Origin: a virus
Taxonomy: Duplodnaviria; Heunggongvirae; Uroviricota; Caudoviricetes
IMG/VR virus record: IMGVR_UViG_2778261347_000002
Span: 1 to 6,219 of that record
DNA: 6,219 nt
Reading direction: 5' to 3' (one strand)
The notes beneath the pieces are model-generated. The model made no database searches. It was not told where the DNA came from and worked only from the letters and a program-made list of their open reading frames with translations. This document shows, one piece after another, positions 6,144-6,219 of the stretch; position 1 is the stretch's first letter; every line of letters begins with the position of its first letter. Both the position numbers and the translations under genes were made by a program.

Positions 6144-6171
6144 GCCTCCACATATAGTGGAGGCTTTTTTT
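6144..6171 (+). terminator. strong intrinsic terminator
   Basis: 8-bp stem GCCTCCAC/GTGGAGGC (5 GC pairs), 5-nt loop ATATA, followed by a T7 tract (6165-6171). The reverse complement lacks a T-tract, so it is plus-strand specific. Confidence 0.65.
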
Positions 6172-6219
6172 ACCCAATAACAATATTATTCTGACACCTG
6201 TATCATATACACATCTGAC

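Noticed and set aside
5476-6219. Dam-methylation (GATC) phase-variation switch of a gtr-type operon
   Set aside because: No GATC tetranucleotide occurs anywhere in this interval.

Overview
This window reads as the integrase-proximal (early-left) arm of a lambdoid enterobacterial prophage of the KplE1/CPS-53 type. Bases 160-4021 carry one co-directional plus-strand operon of small accessory genes, most joined by overlapping stop/start codons (GTGA, ATGA, TGATG). It includes an ead/Ea22-like protein, a DUF551 protein, a small membrane protein, two cysteine-rich candidate zinc-binding proteins (one a 28-aa ORF below the ORF-track size cutoff) and two internal intrinsic terminators, and ends with a 66-aa TorI/AlpA-type excisionase. 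Downstream lies a short att region whose 15-nt core matches, from memory, the 3' end of tRNA-Arg(CCU) (argW). A second 16-nt piece of the same tRNA sits upstream of the excisionase gene. Next is a P4/IntS-family tyrosine integrase broken by a single in-frame TAA, so it is called a pseudogene. The last ~740 bp are AT-rich (about 30% GC versus about 45-50% in the operon), have no ORF of 60 aa or more, and carry several perfect palindromes and a strong plus-strand intrinsic terminator. No complete tRNA, rRNA, CRISPR array or transposase was seen. All homology statements are from memory of protein families, not from searches.
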